DNA from: Tubiluchus corallicola
Lineage: Eukaryota > Animalia > Priapulida
Length of the DNA stretch: 64,000 nt
Direction: 5' to 3'
NCBI GenBank assembly: GCA_030141605.1
Contig: JAQGDQ010000478.1
Location: forward strand, 55,653 to 119,652
Part shown: one piece after another, positions 1 through 13,400 of the stretch
Numbering within the stretch: position 1 is the first letter of the stretch
How the letters are laid out: every line of letters starts with the position of its first letter
Made by a program: the position numbers and the translations under genes
Notes under the pieces: generated by a model
What the model saw: only the letters and a program-made list of their open reading frames with translations
Database searches by the model: none
What the model was told of the DNA's origin: nothing

Positions 1-509
1 GGGTGTTTAAATGAACTTTAATCGATGTAGTAGCTGAATCAATGATAAACAAGCCTTTGTGATACTTATGACAGCATTAAAAACAACATCTCAAAGTATA
101 ACGAATGTAAAACCAATGTCTACTGACAAGACTACCCATATCCATTATTTAGTTTGGTGCCTAAAAGGTTATATTAGACGTTGCACATTTCTCCTTTTCA
201 GCTCAGTGTTAAAAAGTTATAGCAAGAAATTTTACTGTATCCATGGCAACCACCAACACCGCATCCGGACATCCCCATAGTATGAAAACCCCCTAATATT
301 CACATACTTCTCGATTGCAGTTGCCGTTAGAGGAGTTGGATTCGAGAAAAAATTTCAAAATGGATAATAACTTATTTGTTCGATCGGCGGTTCTTTTAAA
401 CACTAGAAACTCTTTGAATTTTGCAAAAACTAGCTTAAATTCATCCATCTCCGAGATCTAAAGGGTACAATCTCTCGATTTCATCCAAATGATACCTTTG
501 GTGTCTAGA

Positions 510-960
510 CAGTTAATATATCCAAAGTATCTAGATATCCTATGTCAAAAACTCATAGTGTCTAAACAGTTTAGGTATCTAAATAACCTATCTGTCCAAA
601 TCGCCTTGTGTCCAAAAGTCCTGTACGTCTAAACCACCTTGTTTCAAAAAGTCCTACATGTCAAAATTACCTTGTGTCAAAATATCCTGTGTCCAAACTG
701 CCCTTGTGTCTAAAAATCCTATATGTCCAAACCACCTTGTTTCAAAACGTCCTACATGTCAAAATTACCTTGTGTCAAAATATCCTGTGTCCAAACTGCC
801 CTTGTGTCTAAAAATCCTATATGTCCAAACCACCTTGTTTCAAAAAGTCTTACATGTCAAAATTACCTTGTGTCAAAATATCCTGTGTCCAAATTACCTA
901 TGTGTCTAAGTTATGTGTTCAAAACATTTGTGCGGAAATTGCCTGTGTCTAAAACCAGTG
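510..960. repeat. higher-order tandem repeat, 98-bp period made of about 20-bp TGTC(C/T)AAA subunits
   Basis: AAACCACCTTGTTTCAAAA recurs at 631, 729 and 827; flanks are degenerate subunits. Confidence 0.85.
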
Positions 961-3924
961 TCAAAACCCCGTGTAATCTTGTTAAGTACTAAAAATTTAG
1001 GAATGATTCTGTATATATATATATATATTTCTTACATTCTATTTACAAATGCAAATGGAAAAGCCGAATGCTTATGTGACCAAAGTTAAGCAACACAAGG
1101 CATAGTAAGTGGTTGGCCAACAGCAGTAAAATGTCTTAAAAGCAGTTTTAGATACCAACATTGCTTATGAGATATTCATTTCGTTGAGGAAGTTTAAACA
1201 TATCACTACTACTACTAGCTCAGAATAAGATTCTTTTAATTTATCAGATGTATAATAGATTACTAAACGTGTGCTGACATTTTCCAATTATTATTATTAA
1301 ATTATTTTATCAGATGTATACTAAATTACTCAACCTGTATTGATGTTTTCAATTATTATTTTATTAAATAGACAAGGACAACGGACGCTGCCAGTATAGG
1401 TTAACGACTTAATTCATGACCAGTCTCTAGAGTCCTACTTGGGCAGACCACGAACGACGTGCCCTACTTGGGCTAGCCCATGTACGCCAACTGTCTTACT
1501 TCGGCTAATGGCCTACTCCGCTCCCAACAAACGATAATCTGTAGATGGGGGTACTACTACTAGTATTAGGACAATGTTCTATTTGCCCCCAGACCTCCAC
1601 TTCACCAAGGCTGCTTAACTTAAAATTCGCGTGTTGTCAAAGCACTGAGACTTCTCGTGCCACAAAGTTCTTACTCTAAATTGTTGACTAAAAACAGCAA
1701 AATATATCACACGTCACTATCATCATCATACGCCCGTCGCGTCTATTGTAGACATTGGGCAGGCAGAATTCCAAAATAAAAGAATCTGCGTTTACCTGTC
1801 TGAATGCAGACATATCACACACTTTCTATGATGATCTATTACCAAGACGCGAAATCTTTTCTCAAGTAAACAAAGTGCAAATTGTCAAGATTGCTGTGGT
1901 TGCTGGATGAGCATTTGTACTAAGTCAGCAGTCTAGATGTAAGTAAATATAAGTAAGTACTAGTGATCATAACAATTTTATGTTAAAAATATTTAAGTTT
2001 CAAAATGTAATCCTGAACTCAGGGTACTTAATGCTTGATATCGGTTAATCTTCTAAAGCCTTTTCGATGTTTTCAAGTTAATATAATATAGTAATATATT
2101 ACCTGTTCAAAGTTAGAAAATTTGATAATTTTTACGATTTCATTACTATAATAAAGTATTACACACATAAATTTAAAAACCTTTATTTTTTCTGCAATTT
2201 ATATTAAATTTTCGGTTCTTTTACTTATGATATGTAAAATTTAAAGCATTGTTTAAGTAAGTAAGTTTATTAGTTTATCACCATTTTTAAAATAGCAAAA
2301 TACATAACTAAGTGAATTATAAATCTGTACAACATACAATAATATTACAAAGTGCAAAAGTAATTATTGATTAGTGGCGAAAGGGTCAGCCACCCTCTCA
2401 GAATTGTTAGTAATGTTACTAATAAAGTAATATAATTAATTAATTAATGAGTTTAACTTACCTTTGCCGGTATCTCATTATTATTTGTATTTGATATGGC
2501 GCTAATTATGGTAGCCTGACTTAATTAAAGTTAGATGATTTAATTAAATTGAATATTGCAGTATTCATGTATAAATGCTATAATAGACTATTTCCTGCAA
2601 GTTTTTTGCAATTCCTGTCAAATTGACATCTAAGAGACATAATACAAGATTTAATCAATACATTGTGCCTTTCTGTAGAACCAACATAGCTAAACATTTA
2701 GCTAAATATATCAAGGACCAAAAGTCTGAAATGAGATTTGTCAATCTGCAAAAAATAGCAGATCTATTACTAGATTTAAAAAAATGCTAAAAAATCAAAT
2801 TTTAAGTAAGTATCAGTGAGCAATCAAAATTTCTATCAGTATCCATCCTCACAGTAGTTACAAAATAGTGGTGTTAGCTTAATCAAGTTATTTTAATTTT
2901 ACATACTATTAAAAAATAATAGTCTTTCTATCTTTTATATCATCCCATATATGAGCTTATTTCATTACATCATTCCATTTTAAGCACTAATGTTTTTTTT
3001 ATTGCGATTCACTTTAAATTTTCAGATTATCTCCATTACTTTTTTTTCTATCACTGTGTGGGACAATCTAACTAGCCAAGCTTTTTGATTGCCCGCAACA
3101 CATTTACCTTCGTTTATAAGTGAACAGTGTTTGAGGTTTTTCCTGTGCAGTATTTCTTATTTGTATTATATCCATTGTAGGCCCTTTCACTAGATATTGT
3201 ATATGAAACTATTGTAAATGTGTAATGTGAAATAAATGACTTATGACTGACTTGTAAGCAACCCAGAACTGGGTTATGTAATACACTCATTTAATTATTC
3301 AACCTTTTGTGGTCTCTATGCATTTTCCTGTACATATGATCACAGTAACGATATTGTGGAAGTTGGAATTGTACATTATAATTAGGTGCTGCCATCTATG
3401 GGCTAATCATGTTACATTCTACCAGCTGACTTACCCCCAGTATAATTGTATGGTCCAGTGAATGCATATTCACTGGTTCTCTCCCTATTTTAAAGTAATG
3501 TTTTTTGTGAAGCCTGTGCAAGTCTGCATAGGTCACCTATACCTCATATATACTGACTGTTTTTGCTTTCTAGTCACTCTCACTCTCAGTGTTCAGTGCA
3601 GGAGTTGTGCTACTCATGTGTCTGTAGTTTTAATAAACACTTTTCTGTTGTGTGCAGTGCAAATATGTATTATAAATTTTTTATTCTTGTTCATACTTCT
3701 GTGCCTAAAGTCAATCATAACAGATATAATGGTTAATGCATTTTATACTGTATACATCAGTGGTGTGCAACTGGTTGTGACGGTATGCACTTGTGCAAAT
3801 CCGAAATCATTTGGTGCAAACGGGAATAGTTGTGCGAATGAAAGCAGGAGGGCTTATTGAACGTGATCCTGGCCAGTCACGAGCAAAATACAACTTCATC
3901 ACTTCACGTCGTATCTCTTGCTAT

Positions 3925-4080
3925 ACTTCGGAACAGTATTGCGGCAAATTTAAAATGACAACAAGCAAAAATTCCTCTTAACGCGAGCGCAATATTTGCA
4001 CAAAACTGCTGTAAAGTAATGTAATTTTTAAGGCGATTTTTCTGAAACCTACTTTAGGTTCCCCTTTTCTTGTCCTTTAA
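3925..4080 (-). mobile_element. terminal fragment of the AGGACAAGAAAAGG repeat
   Basis: Ends ...CCTTTTCTTGTCCTTTAA, the reverse complement of about 12022-12180. Confidence 0.65.
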
Positions 4081-4493
4081 GCTTCTGTGATGAAACAGGT
4101 AGGCATTAAACAAGTTTAGATAACATAGCCTCAAGCTTGAAAAGATAATCAGATGATTGATATTTACTTTATGCTGATTCTGGCTACTTTATCATATAAT
4201 AAGAATTTCTTAACATCAGAAGCAGCTCTAAAGCTAAGGTACTTCTGTTAGTTCAGTGGCTCATTTTAGAACCATTTTTTGATAATAAGTCAAACCCTGG
4301 TTTTGCCACAAGCATATGAATTGAGTAGCCCTGTGTGTACACTGTGTACACAGCAATGACTTGAAAAAACCAACATTTTTTTTGAACGTATATAAATCTC
4401 ATGCCTACTCATAAAATGTTAAGGTGGCAGAAGTAAGTAAATCACCATTTATATGATTTTTCTTTACTTTTAGGAAAGGTCTATATTACTAAT

Positions 4494-7400
4494 ATGTCAG
4501 TTGAAAAAAGATCACAGTTTGGGAGTCGTTTCCTCACTCACCCCGAAAAGGTGTTTGAGCACAATGCATGGTAAGTTTTTCCTGCTGTTATTCATCATTC
4601 GTACTAATACTTCTTGATGAAATTTCCACAAAACAAATGAAGCGCGTGTCGCACTGTGTGCGTTTAAACTGTTTTTGCATTATTTTTCAGCAGGAAAATT
4701 ACATATTTATGTACATAGTAATTTGCTGTACATCATAACATATCATACAGCTAAGTGACCTAATGGTCTAAGTACTGATATCATATTTGGCTCCAGGAAC
4801 TGCTTGGTCAGTTCAAGTGTAGATGTGACTTTTTACGCTGCCACTGTTTACAACATCTTAGCACTATGGACCATAAGTATTCCGTGTTAAGGGGAGATAG
4901 AGTGATTTTTCTTATAGTACCCCGTTTTCAAGTCAGGTAAAAGTATACATTTTAACACATTTAATATTTCAAAAGCATTACTGGTAATTAAATAATAGAT
5001 TAAAATCGTTAATTAATGGTGGGCGAGCCCAACTGTTGATGACATCACAAACGAACATAATTTTCAACAGCAAAAATATTCCACGAGCGTGTTGCACGTG
5101 TTTGTGAAAGAGAAAATTGAAGTACAGTGCTATTGTAAGATATTCAGTGTGTTGTACTAAAACTAGGCAAGTTTTAAGATAAAAATTCAAATGTCAAATT
5201 TACGGCTGTGCTCATGCACGAGCTGCTGAACGTATGTAGTTCATCACAAACTAACACATGTGAATGGAGAGGCACATCATCCATTTTTTGTGCAATGCAT
5301 TCCAAAGTGCAGGTGCTTGTGCCTGTCTAACTAGCGAATGGCGAAATGCATGTAACAGTGAAGCACTAATGGCACGAATATGAAATTGTGTTTGTGTGGT
5401 AATAATTCTTTCACGTAAGTCATTTCTGGAAAAATAGTATGTTTCTTTTCAGTATTTTAAGAAATAGATTGTTTTGAACTACAGTTTAAGATTGGGTCCG
5501 ATTTTGCTTTAAGGTGAAGAACTTACTAAGCCTCTGTAGGAGACCTAGGCCATTGATTTTTAGATAGCAAAATTTTAGCACAGCTAATTCTGTGACAACT
5601 AGTTCTGATCAGTTACGATGATGTTTTTGTCCTGTATTTGTGTTTGTTTTAGGGATAATGTTGTTTGGGATGAGGAACAAGAAGCCATTGCTGAACTGAA
5701 AGTTGAAGCCAACAGTGAAGAGAAAGTATCAGACGAGTGTTTACGTAAGATAAAATAACAACTTTTATATTTTGAAACATTGTGAAGAAAAAGTTACTGT
5801 TTATTTTACAATGTAGGCTGTGGCAGCTCGTAGCTGAAATTAGTGGGGGTGCTGTTTTAGACAATTTTTAGCCAATGTTTCGATACCGTGTAATACATGC
5901 ACTTGATAAAATCCTAAACAAAAAATATTTTTGTTTACTAATAGCCTAAATTGTCGCTGTTCAAGCTTGATCTATTCACGGCAGGCAGTCAACTGACAAC
6001 AAACTGTGTGAGCGACAGTACTTTCTCTACCTGGGCTCAGATGTGTGCACATGCCCGCTACAGACAAATTCTGTGTTGCTGGAGCACACTGTGCTGGGCT
6101 ATGAAACAAACAGTGCTGTTCGACAGTTATTTAAAGTGCTGTTTGACAGTTGTTTTAAAGTGTTGTTTGACAGTGGTTTTAAAGTGCTGTTCGACAGTTG
6201 TTTTAAAGTGCTGCTTGACAGTTGTTTTAAAGTGCTGCTTGACAGTTGTTTTAAAGTGCTGTTCGACAGTTGTTTAAAGTGCTGTTCGACGGTTGCAGTT
6301 GTTTTAAAGTACTGTTTGACGGTTGGTTAAAATGCTGTTCGACGGTTGTTTAAAATGCTGTTCGACGGTTGTTTTAAAGTGTTGTTTGACAGTTGTTTTA
6401 AAGTGCTGTTCGACAGTTGTTTTAAAGTGTTGTTTGACAGTTGTTTTAAAGTGTTGTTTGACAGTTGTTTTAAAGTGCTGTTCGACAGTTGTTTTAAAGT
6501 GCTGTTCGACAGTTGTTTTGACAGTTGTTTTAAAGTGCTGTTTGACAGTTGTTTTAAAGTGGTGTTTGACAGTTGTTTTAAAGCGCTGTTTGACAGTTGT
6601 TTTAAAGTGTTGTTTGACAGTTGTTTTAAAGTGGTGTTTGACAGTTGTTTTAAAGCGCTGTTTGACAGTTGTTTTAAAGTGTTGTTTGACAGTTGTTTTA
6701 AAGTGCTGTTCGACAGTTGTTTTAAAGTGCTGTTCGACAGTTGTTTTAAAGTGCTGTTCGACAGTTGTTTTGACAGTTGTTTTAAAGTGCTGTTTGACAG
6801 TTGTTTTAAAGTGGTGTTTGACAGTTGTTTTAAAGCGCTGTTTGACAGTTGTTTTAAAGTGTTGTTTGACAGTTGTTTTAAAGTGCTGTTCGACAGTTGT
6901 TTTAAAGTGCTGTTCGACAGTTGTTTTAAAGTGCTGTTCGACAGTTGTTTTGACAGTTGTTTTAAAGTGCTGTTTGACAGTTGTTTTAAAGTGCTGTTTG
7001 ACAGTTGTTTTAAAGTGCTGTTAGACAGTTCTTTTAAAGTGCTGTTTGACAGTTGTTTTAAAGTGTTGTTTGACAGTGGTTTTAAAGTGCTGTTTGACAG
7101 TTGTTTTAAAGTGCTGTTTGACAGTTGTTTTAAAGTGCTGTTTGACGGTTGTTATGCTGTTCGACGGTTGTTTTAAAGTGCTGTTCGACAGTTGTTTTAA
7201 AGTGCTGTTCGACGGTTGTTTTAAAGTGTTGTTTGACGGTTGTTTTAAAGTGTTGTTTGACAGTTGTTTAAAATGCTGTTCGACGGTTGTGTTAAAGTGC
7301 TGTTTGACAGTTGTTTTAAAGTACTGTTTGACAGTTGTTTTAAAGTGTTGTTTGACATTTGTTTTAAAGTGCTGTTTGACATTCATACTACATTACACTT

Positions 7401-10400
7401 GATTAAAAAGTTAGCTAAACCTCAAAATTAATCATTTTATTTGTAAATGAGAGGTCGTGTAAACTTCCTGTTGAGTTCACACTTTCATGTTTTGCTAGTA
7501 TTTTTTGTTTGTTTTTGGGTGAGGTGTGTTTATTTGTAATATCATCCATAAGTTTTGTGAAAACATTTTTGAAATTGGCTAGTTGCATCAAACAGTGTCT
7601 AATCTTGACAAATTTTAACTAATATTCTTTTGCGAAAGTTACAACAGAACAACACAGTACAGAAGTGTGTCTGTATTTATGCATATATTTTTTATAGAGA
7701 TATACATTTTATATATTTGTTGAATCGTTTTACGTAATTAATTTCTCTATGTATGAATGGGTCAATTTTATATTTAACATTTTGTATGCAACTAGTCACA
7801 CATTATCATAATTATAAACTGTTGTTTAGGTGATTATGAAGAAAATGCATGTGGTTACTGGGACCAGTTTTATGGACAACATCAAAACAGATTCTTCAAG
7901 GACCGACACTGGCTTTTCACGGAGTTTCCGGAACTGTGCCCGGAAGTTTCCGGCTCGGCGAGCAACGAGGTACAATGTAAAGCTACAGTTTCTGACGCTA
8001 CGTTAAAGTCGGACGGCAGTAGCGATGAACGTGTTTTACCTGCTGAGAATGTCAGCTTGAGTTCAAGTACCGTGACGTGTTTCTCACTTGCAAGTGAATG
8101 CAACGATACTACCACCAGGATTCTTGAAGTCGGATGCGGTGTAGGAAATACAGTATTCCCGGTGCTTCAAACAAACAAGTAAGTTATTAGGTTGTCATGT
8201 ATTTTATAAAATATAACATTTTCTATCTTCATACTTATTAGAAACTGGTCACGTATGACATTGATTGATTATGAAACTTCAGATTCTTGTAATTTAATTA
8301 AGCAGATTTTACTTAACATTAAAGCTGTAATTATTTACAGTGGAAATTATAGACGACCATCGTTTCTTTGACCGTTTTTACATTGTTTTCTTACTTCAGT
8401 GATCCTGGGTTGTTTGTTTATTGCTGTGATTGGTTATTGTTTATTTCAGTGATCCTGGGTTGTTTGTTTATTGCTGTGATTTCTCTCAAACTGCTATAGA
8501 GCTTGTAAAGGTAAGATTGCTGTTATATTGCTTGTAAAATTATATCAACTACTAAGCGTTTGTAGTATTTATTATATTAAAATATAATAGTTTCATGCTG
8601 GTTCACAGAGCAAGGCGCATACTGCGCATTACGACATGCACCTTACGGAAGATGGAAGACGCCTTATGGCTTACGGATTGGGGATCATGGCTTGCTCCTT
8701 ACAGCTTTTTCTGTGTGACATGGGCCTTACTGCTACACTTTAATGTTCATAGTGGTAGTTTTAGACTCACTGCTACACTTTAACGTTCATAGTGGTAGTT
8801 TTAGACTCACTGTCACACTTTAGCGTTCATAGTGGTAGTTTTAGACTCACTGCTACACTTTAACGTTCATAGTGGTAGTTTTAGATTCACTGCTACACTT
8901 TAGCGTTCATAGTGGTAGTTTTAGACTCACTGCTACACTTTAACGTTCATAGTGGTAGTTTTAGACTCACTGTCACACTTTAGCGTTCATAGTGGTAGTT
9001 TTAGACTCACTGCTACACTTTAACGTTCATAGTGGTAGTTTTAGATCACTGCTACACTTTAGCGTTCATAGTGGTAGTTTTAGACTCACTGCTACACTTT
9101 AACGTTCATAGTGGTAGTTTTAGACTCACTGTCACACTTTAGCGTTCATAGTGGTAGTTTTAGACTCACTGCTACACTTTAACGTTCATAGTGGTAGTTT
9201 TAGATTCACTGCTACACTTTAGCGTTCATAGTGGTAGTTTTAGACTCACTGCTACACTTTAACGTTCATAGTGGTAGTTTTAGACTCACTGTTACACTTT
9301 AACGTTCATAGTGGTAGTTTTAGACTCACTGCTACACTTTAACGTTCATAGTGGTAGTTTTGGACTTACTGTTACACTTTAACGTTCATAGTGGTAGTTT
9401 TAGACTCACTGCTACACTTTAACGTTCATAGTGGTAGTTTTAGACTTACTGCTACACTTTAACGTTCATAGTGGTAGTTTTAGACTCACTGCTACACTTT
9501 AACGTTCATAGTGGTAGTTTTAGACTCACTGTTACACTTTAACGTTCATAGTGGTAGTTTTAGATTCACTGCTACACTTTAACGTTCATAGCGGTAGTTT
9601 TAGACTCACTGTCACACTTTAACGTTCATAGTGGTAGTTTTAGACTTACTGCTACACTTTAACGTTCATAGTGGTAGTTTTAGACTCACTGCTACACTTT
9701 AACGTTCATAGTGGTAGTTTTAGACTCACTGTCACACTTTAATGTTCATAGTGGTAGTTTTAGACTCACTGTCACACTTTAACGTTCATAGTGGTAGTTT
9801 TAGACTCACTGTTACACTTTAACGTTCATAGTAGTAGTCTTAGACTCACTGTTACACTTTAACGTTCATAGTGGTAGTTTTAGACTCACTGTTACACTTT
9901 AACGTTCATAGTGGTAGTTTTAGACTCACTGCTACACTTTAACGTTCATAGTGGTAGTTTTAGACTCACTGTCACACTTTAACGTTCATAGTGGTAGTTT
10001 TACACTCACTGTTACACTTTAACGTTCATAGTGGTAGTTTTACACTCACTGCTACACTTTAACATTCATAGTGGTAGTTTTAGACTCACTGCTACACTTT
10101 AACGTTCACAGTGGTAGTTTTAGACTCACTGCTACACTTTAACGTTCATAGTGGTAGTTTTAGACTTACTGTTACACTTTAACGTTCATAGTGGTAGTTT
10201 TAGACTCACTGCTACACTTCAACGTTCATGGTGGTAGTTTTAGACTCACTGCTACACTTTAACGTTCATGGTGGTAGTTTTAGACTCACTGCTACACTTT
10301 AACGTTCATACTGGTAGTTTTAGACTCACTGCTACACTTTAACGTTCATAGCAGTAGTTTTAGACTCACTGCTACACTTTAACGTTCATAGTGGTAGTTT

Positions 10401-13400
10401 TACACTCACTGCTACACTTTAACGTTCATAGTGGTAGTTTTGGACTCACTGTTACACTTTAACGTTCATAGTGGTAGTTTTGGACTCACTGTTACACTTT
10501 AACGTTCATAGTGGTAGTTTTAGACTCACTGTTACAATTTAACGTTCATAGTGGTAGTTTTAGACTTACTGCTACACTTTAACGTTCATAGTGGTAGTTT
10601 TAGACTTACTGCTACACCTTTTACTGCTCATTTTGTTACAGAGTCATGCTGATTATGACCCGTCTAGATGTTGTGCATTTGTTCACGATGTCTGCGATGA
10701 AGATCAACAATTTCCATTTCCCGAAGACCATCTTGATATAGTCATATTGATTTTTGTCTTATCTGCAATTGATCCTAGAAAGTAAGAAGAAATTTGCCTA
10801 CAGTTTGAGTCAATGCAAGTTCGATCGGTTTTACCTGTAAACATTAAATTAATTTAAATTTGGTCGTATTAATACGTAATTTATTTGATAAAAGTTGATC
10901 AGTAACTCCATAAACCAGCTTTTGCAAACAGCGCAGAATTCAGTAGTTAATGGGTTACATACATTTCTGTGAATTAAACGTCTGTCCAACTGTTTACTAT
11001 CAGTGAAGAATTTTCTTATTCATTTCGATTAATCCAAATAATCTTATCCAATTTAGATCCTAAATTTAGGCATTAATGGTTTAGAACAAGGGTGTGCAAA
11101 TTATCTGACTAGCCGGGCCACATTAAACTTTCCCGCAATTCCTGCAGACCACAGGCAGTTTGATCAAGGAGCCAAGTGCAGAAAGGCCTGATAACGATTT
11201 TTTTGCATCCGATCTGCGTACATCATTACTACTACACTCAAGAAACTATTTTAGAAGTTATTAAAATTTATATTACAAACCATATATTTCTACTTTCAGG
11301 ACAGATAGTGGTAATTTCATTACAATTCATATTAGTAATGTGTATCACACAGTCTGTGTAGTACAGTAACATTAAGCTACAACTGTCTTGTAAGGGTTAA
11401 TGGCATCCGATCTAGTAGAAAAAACTACCCGCACTATCTTTGGGATCGTGGCACGGACTTCAGCTGGATACACTTAATTAATCGCCCGGGTCGCACTTTC
11501 ATTAGGTTGACAAATCTCTTCGCGGGCCGCACAAATTCTCTCGGCGGGCCACAATTTGCACACCCCTGGTTTAGATTTTTAATTTTATATTGTTTTAATT
11601 GTTTTGAAATTAAATGCTGATCAGATTATTTCACAAATAATTTTAAGACATTTCAAACATTTTTTTATACTCAGTTATGTATTCAGGATAGTAGAACATT
11701 AGTGCCATCTATTGGTCGGAACTGGCATGTTTCATTAGTTATGATTGTGGGTCACACTAGTTTTTGTTTTTCAGAATGCAAGGTGTAATTAATAAATTAG
11801 CACGTCATCTAAAACCTGGTGGGCAGATTCTGTTGCGTGATTATGGGAGATACGATATGGCACAATTACGTTTTAAAAAAGGTAGGATATTTGGATGCAA
11901 AAACAAATTTTAAAGTTTTGATACACGGTGATTACCTGCTTTATGTTTCTGAATGTGTGTTTTTATCCTCGTTATTTTTCTTTTCTTGTTATTCAATGAA
12001 TACTTCTAATTAGTTAACAATTTAAAGGACAAGAAAAGGGGTACCTGAAGTAGGTTTCAGAAAAATCGCTTTAAAAAATTATATTACTTTATACCAATTT
12101 TGTGCATATATCGTACTCGCATTGAAGGGATTTTTTGTTTGTTTTCATTTTAAATCTTCCGCAACACTGTTCCGAAGCAGCCATTACATGATGTCATATA
12201 CTCACAACTTAAATCAGGGTAAGAAAAGGAAATGTTAAACTATGTCTCAAAAAAATTTCCGTGCAAAGTTATCTTACTTAGCATTTCGCTTACTGCTCAA
12301 AACTTGTGTAACTAGAAAAGAAAATTATTAATTATTTAAAGTGTTTTCACCAATTGGTAAAATATCGCTGACTCACCCTCTAGGGTGCACGACTCACTAA
12401 CCAAGAAGCGTATTTTTAATTTTATTGACAAGTTATAATAATTTAAAATTTTACTTAGTGATGTGTGTGCTACAAATGCTCTGATTATTTTTTTAAATTT
12501 TACACAGTGTTATCTAAACTTATTTCAAATCACTTATTATCAAAATGGCTGCATCTAACGATCATCGCGGGAGTTTAAATTTACATGTTTTGTACTGTGT
12601 TACTACTGTTACATATGCAAGTCCTGTATGTAATAAGGCTGTATGTATGTAAGTGGTATAAAATTTCAAGATGAATTTCGTAAGCTTTATGTAAGTGCAA
12701 TGTTTCAAGTTGACATTTTTCTTATAGGAAAATGCCTGGCTGATAATTTTTACGTGAGAGGTGATGGAACTCGGTGTTATTTCTTCACTCAGGGTTAGTA
12801 TAAAATGTCACAATTATAATTAAATGAACATATGTGTAATATGTGCATAAGTAAATGTGTATAAGTGTAATATGTACATGAGTAAATGCGTATGTGTGTA
12901 ATATGTACATAAGTAAATGTGTATATGTGTAATATGTGCATGAGTAAATGTGTATAAGTGTAATATGTGCATGAGTAAATGTGTATAAGTGTAATATGTG
13001 CATGAGTAAATGTGTGTAAGTGTAATATGTGCATGAGTAAATGTGTGTAAGTGTAATATGTGCATGAGTAAATGTGTGTAAGTGTAATATGTGCATGAGT
13101 AAATGTGTATAAGTGTAATATGTGCATGAGTAAATGTGTATAAGTGTAATATGTGCATGAGTAAATGTGTATAAGTGTAATATGTGCATGAGTAAATGTG
13201 TATAAGTGTAATATGTGCATGAGTAAATGTGTATAAGTGTAATATGTGCATGAGTAAATGTGTATAAGTGTAATATGTGCATGAGTAAATGTGTATAAGT
13301 GTAATATGTGCATGAGTAAATGTGTATAAGTGTAATATGTGCATAAGTAAATGTGTATAAGTGTAATATGTGCATAAGTAAATGTGTATAAGTGTAATAT

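Noticed and set aside
3462-3860. 132-aa hydrophobic ORF upstream of METTL2
   Set aside because: No recognisable motif or splice linkage; composition expected from T-rich non-coding DNA.
5951-7402. Long Cys-rich ORFs ([14 protein letters not shown] repeats)
   Set aside because: Translation of a stop-free 24-bp minisatellite in a METTL2 intron; open in several frames.
8728-10617. CRISPR-like regular arrays (also 25026-25550, 43658-44460, 59665-60955)
   Set aside because: Head-to-tail repeats without unique spacers, no cas genes, eukaryotic intron context.
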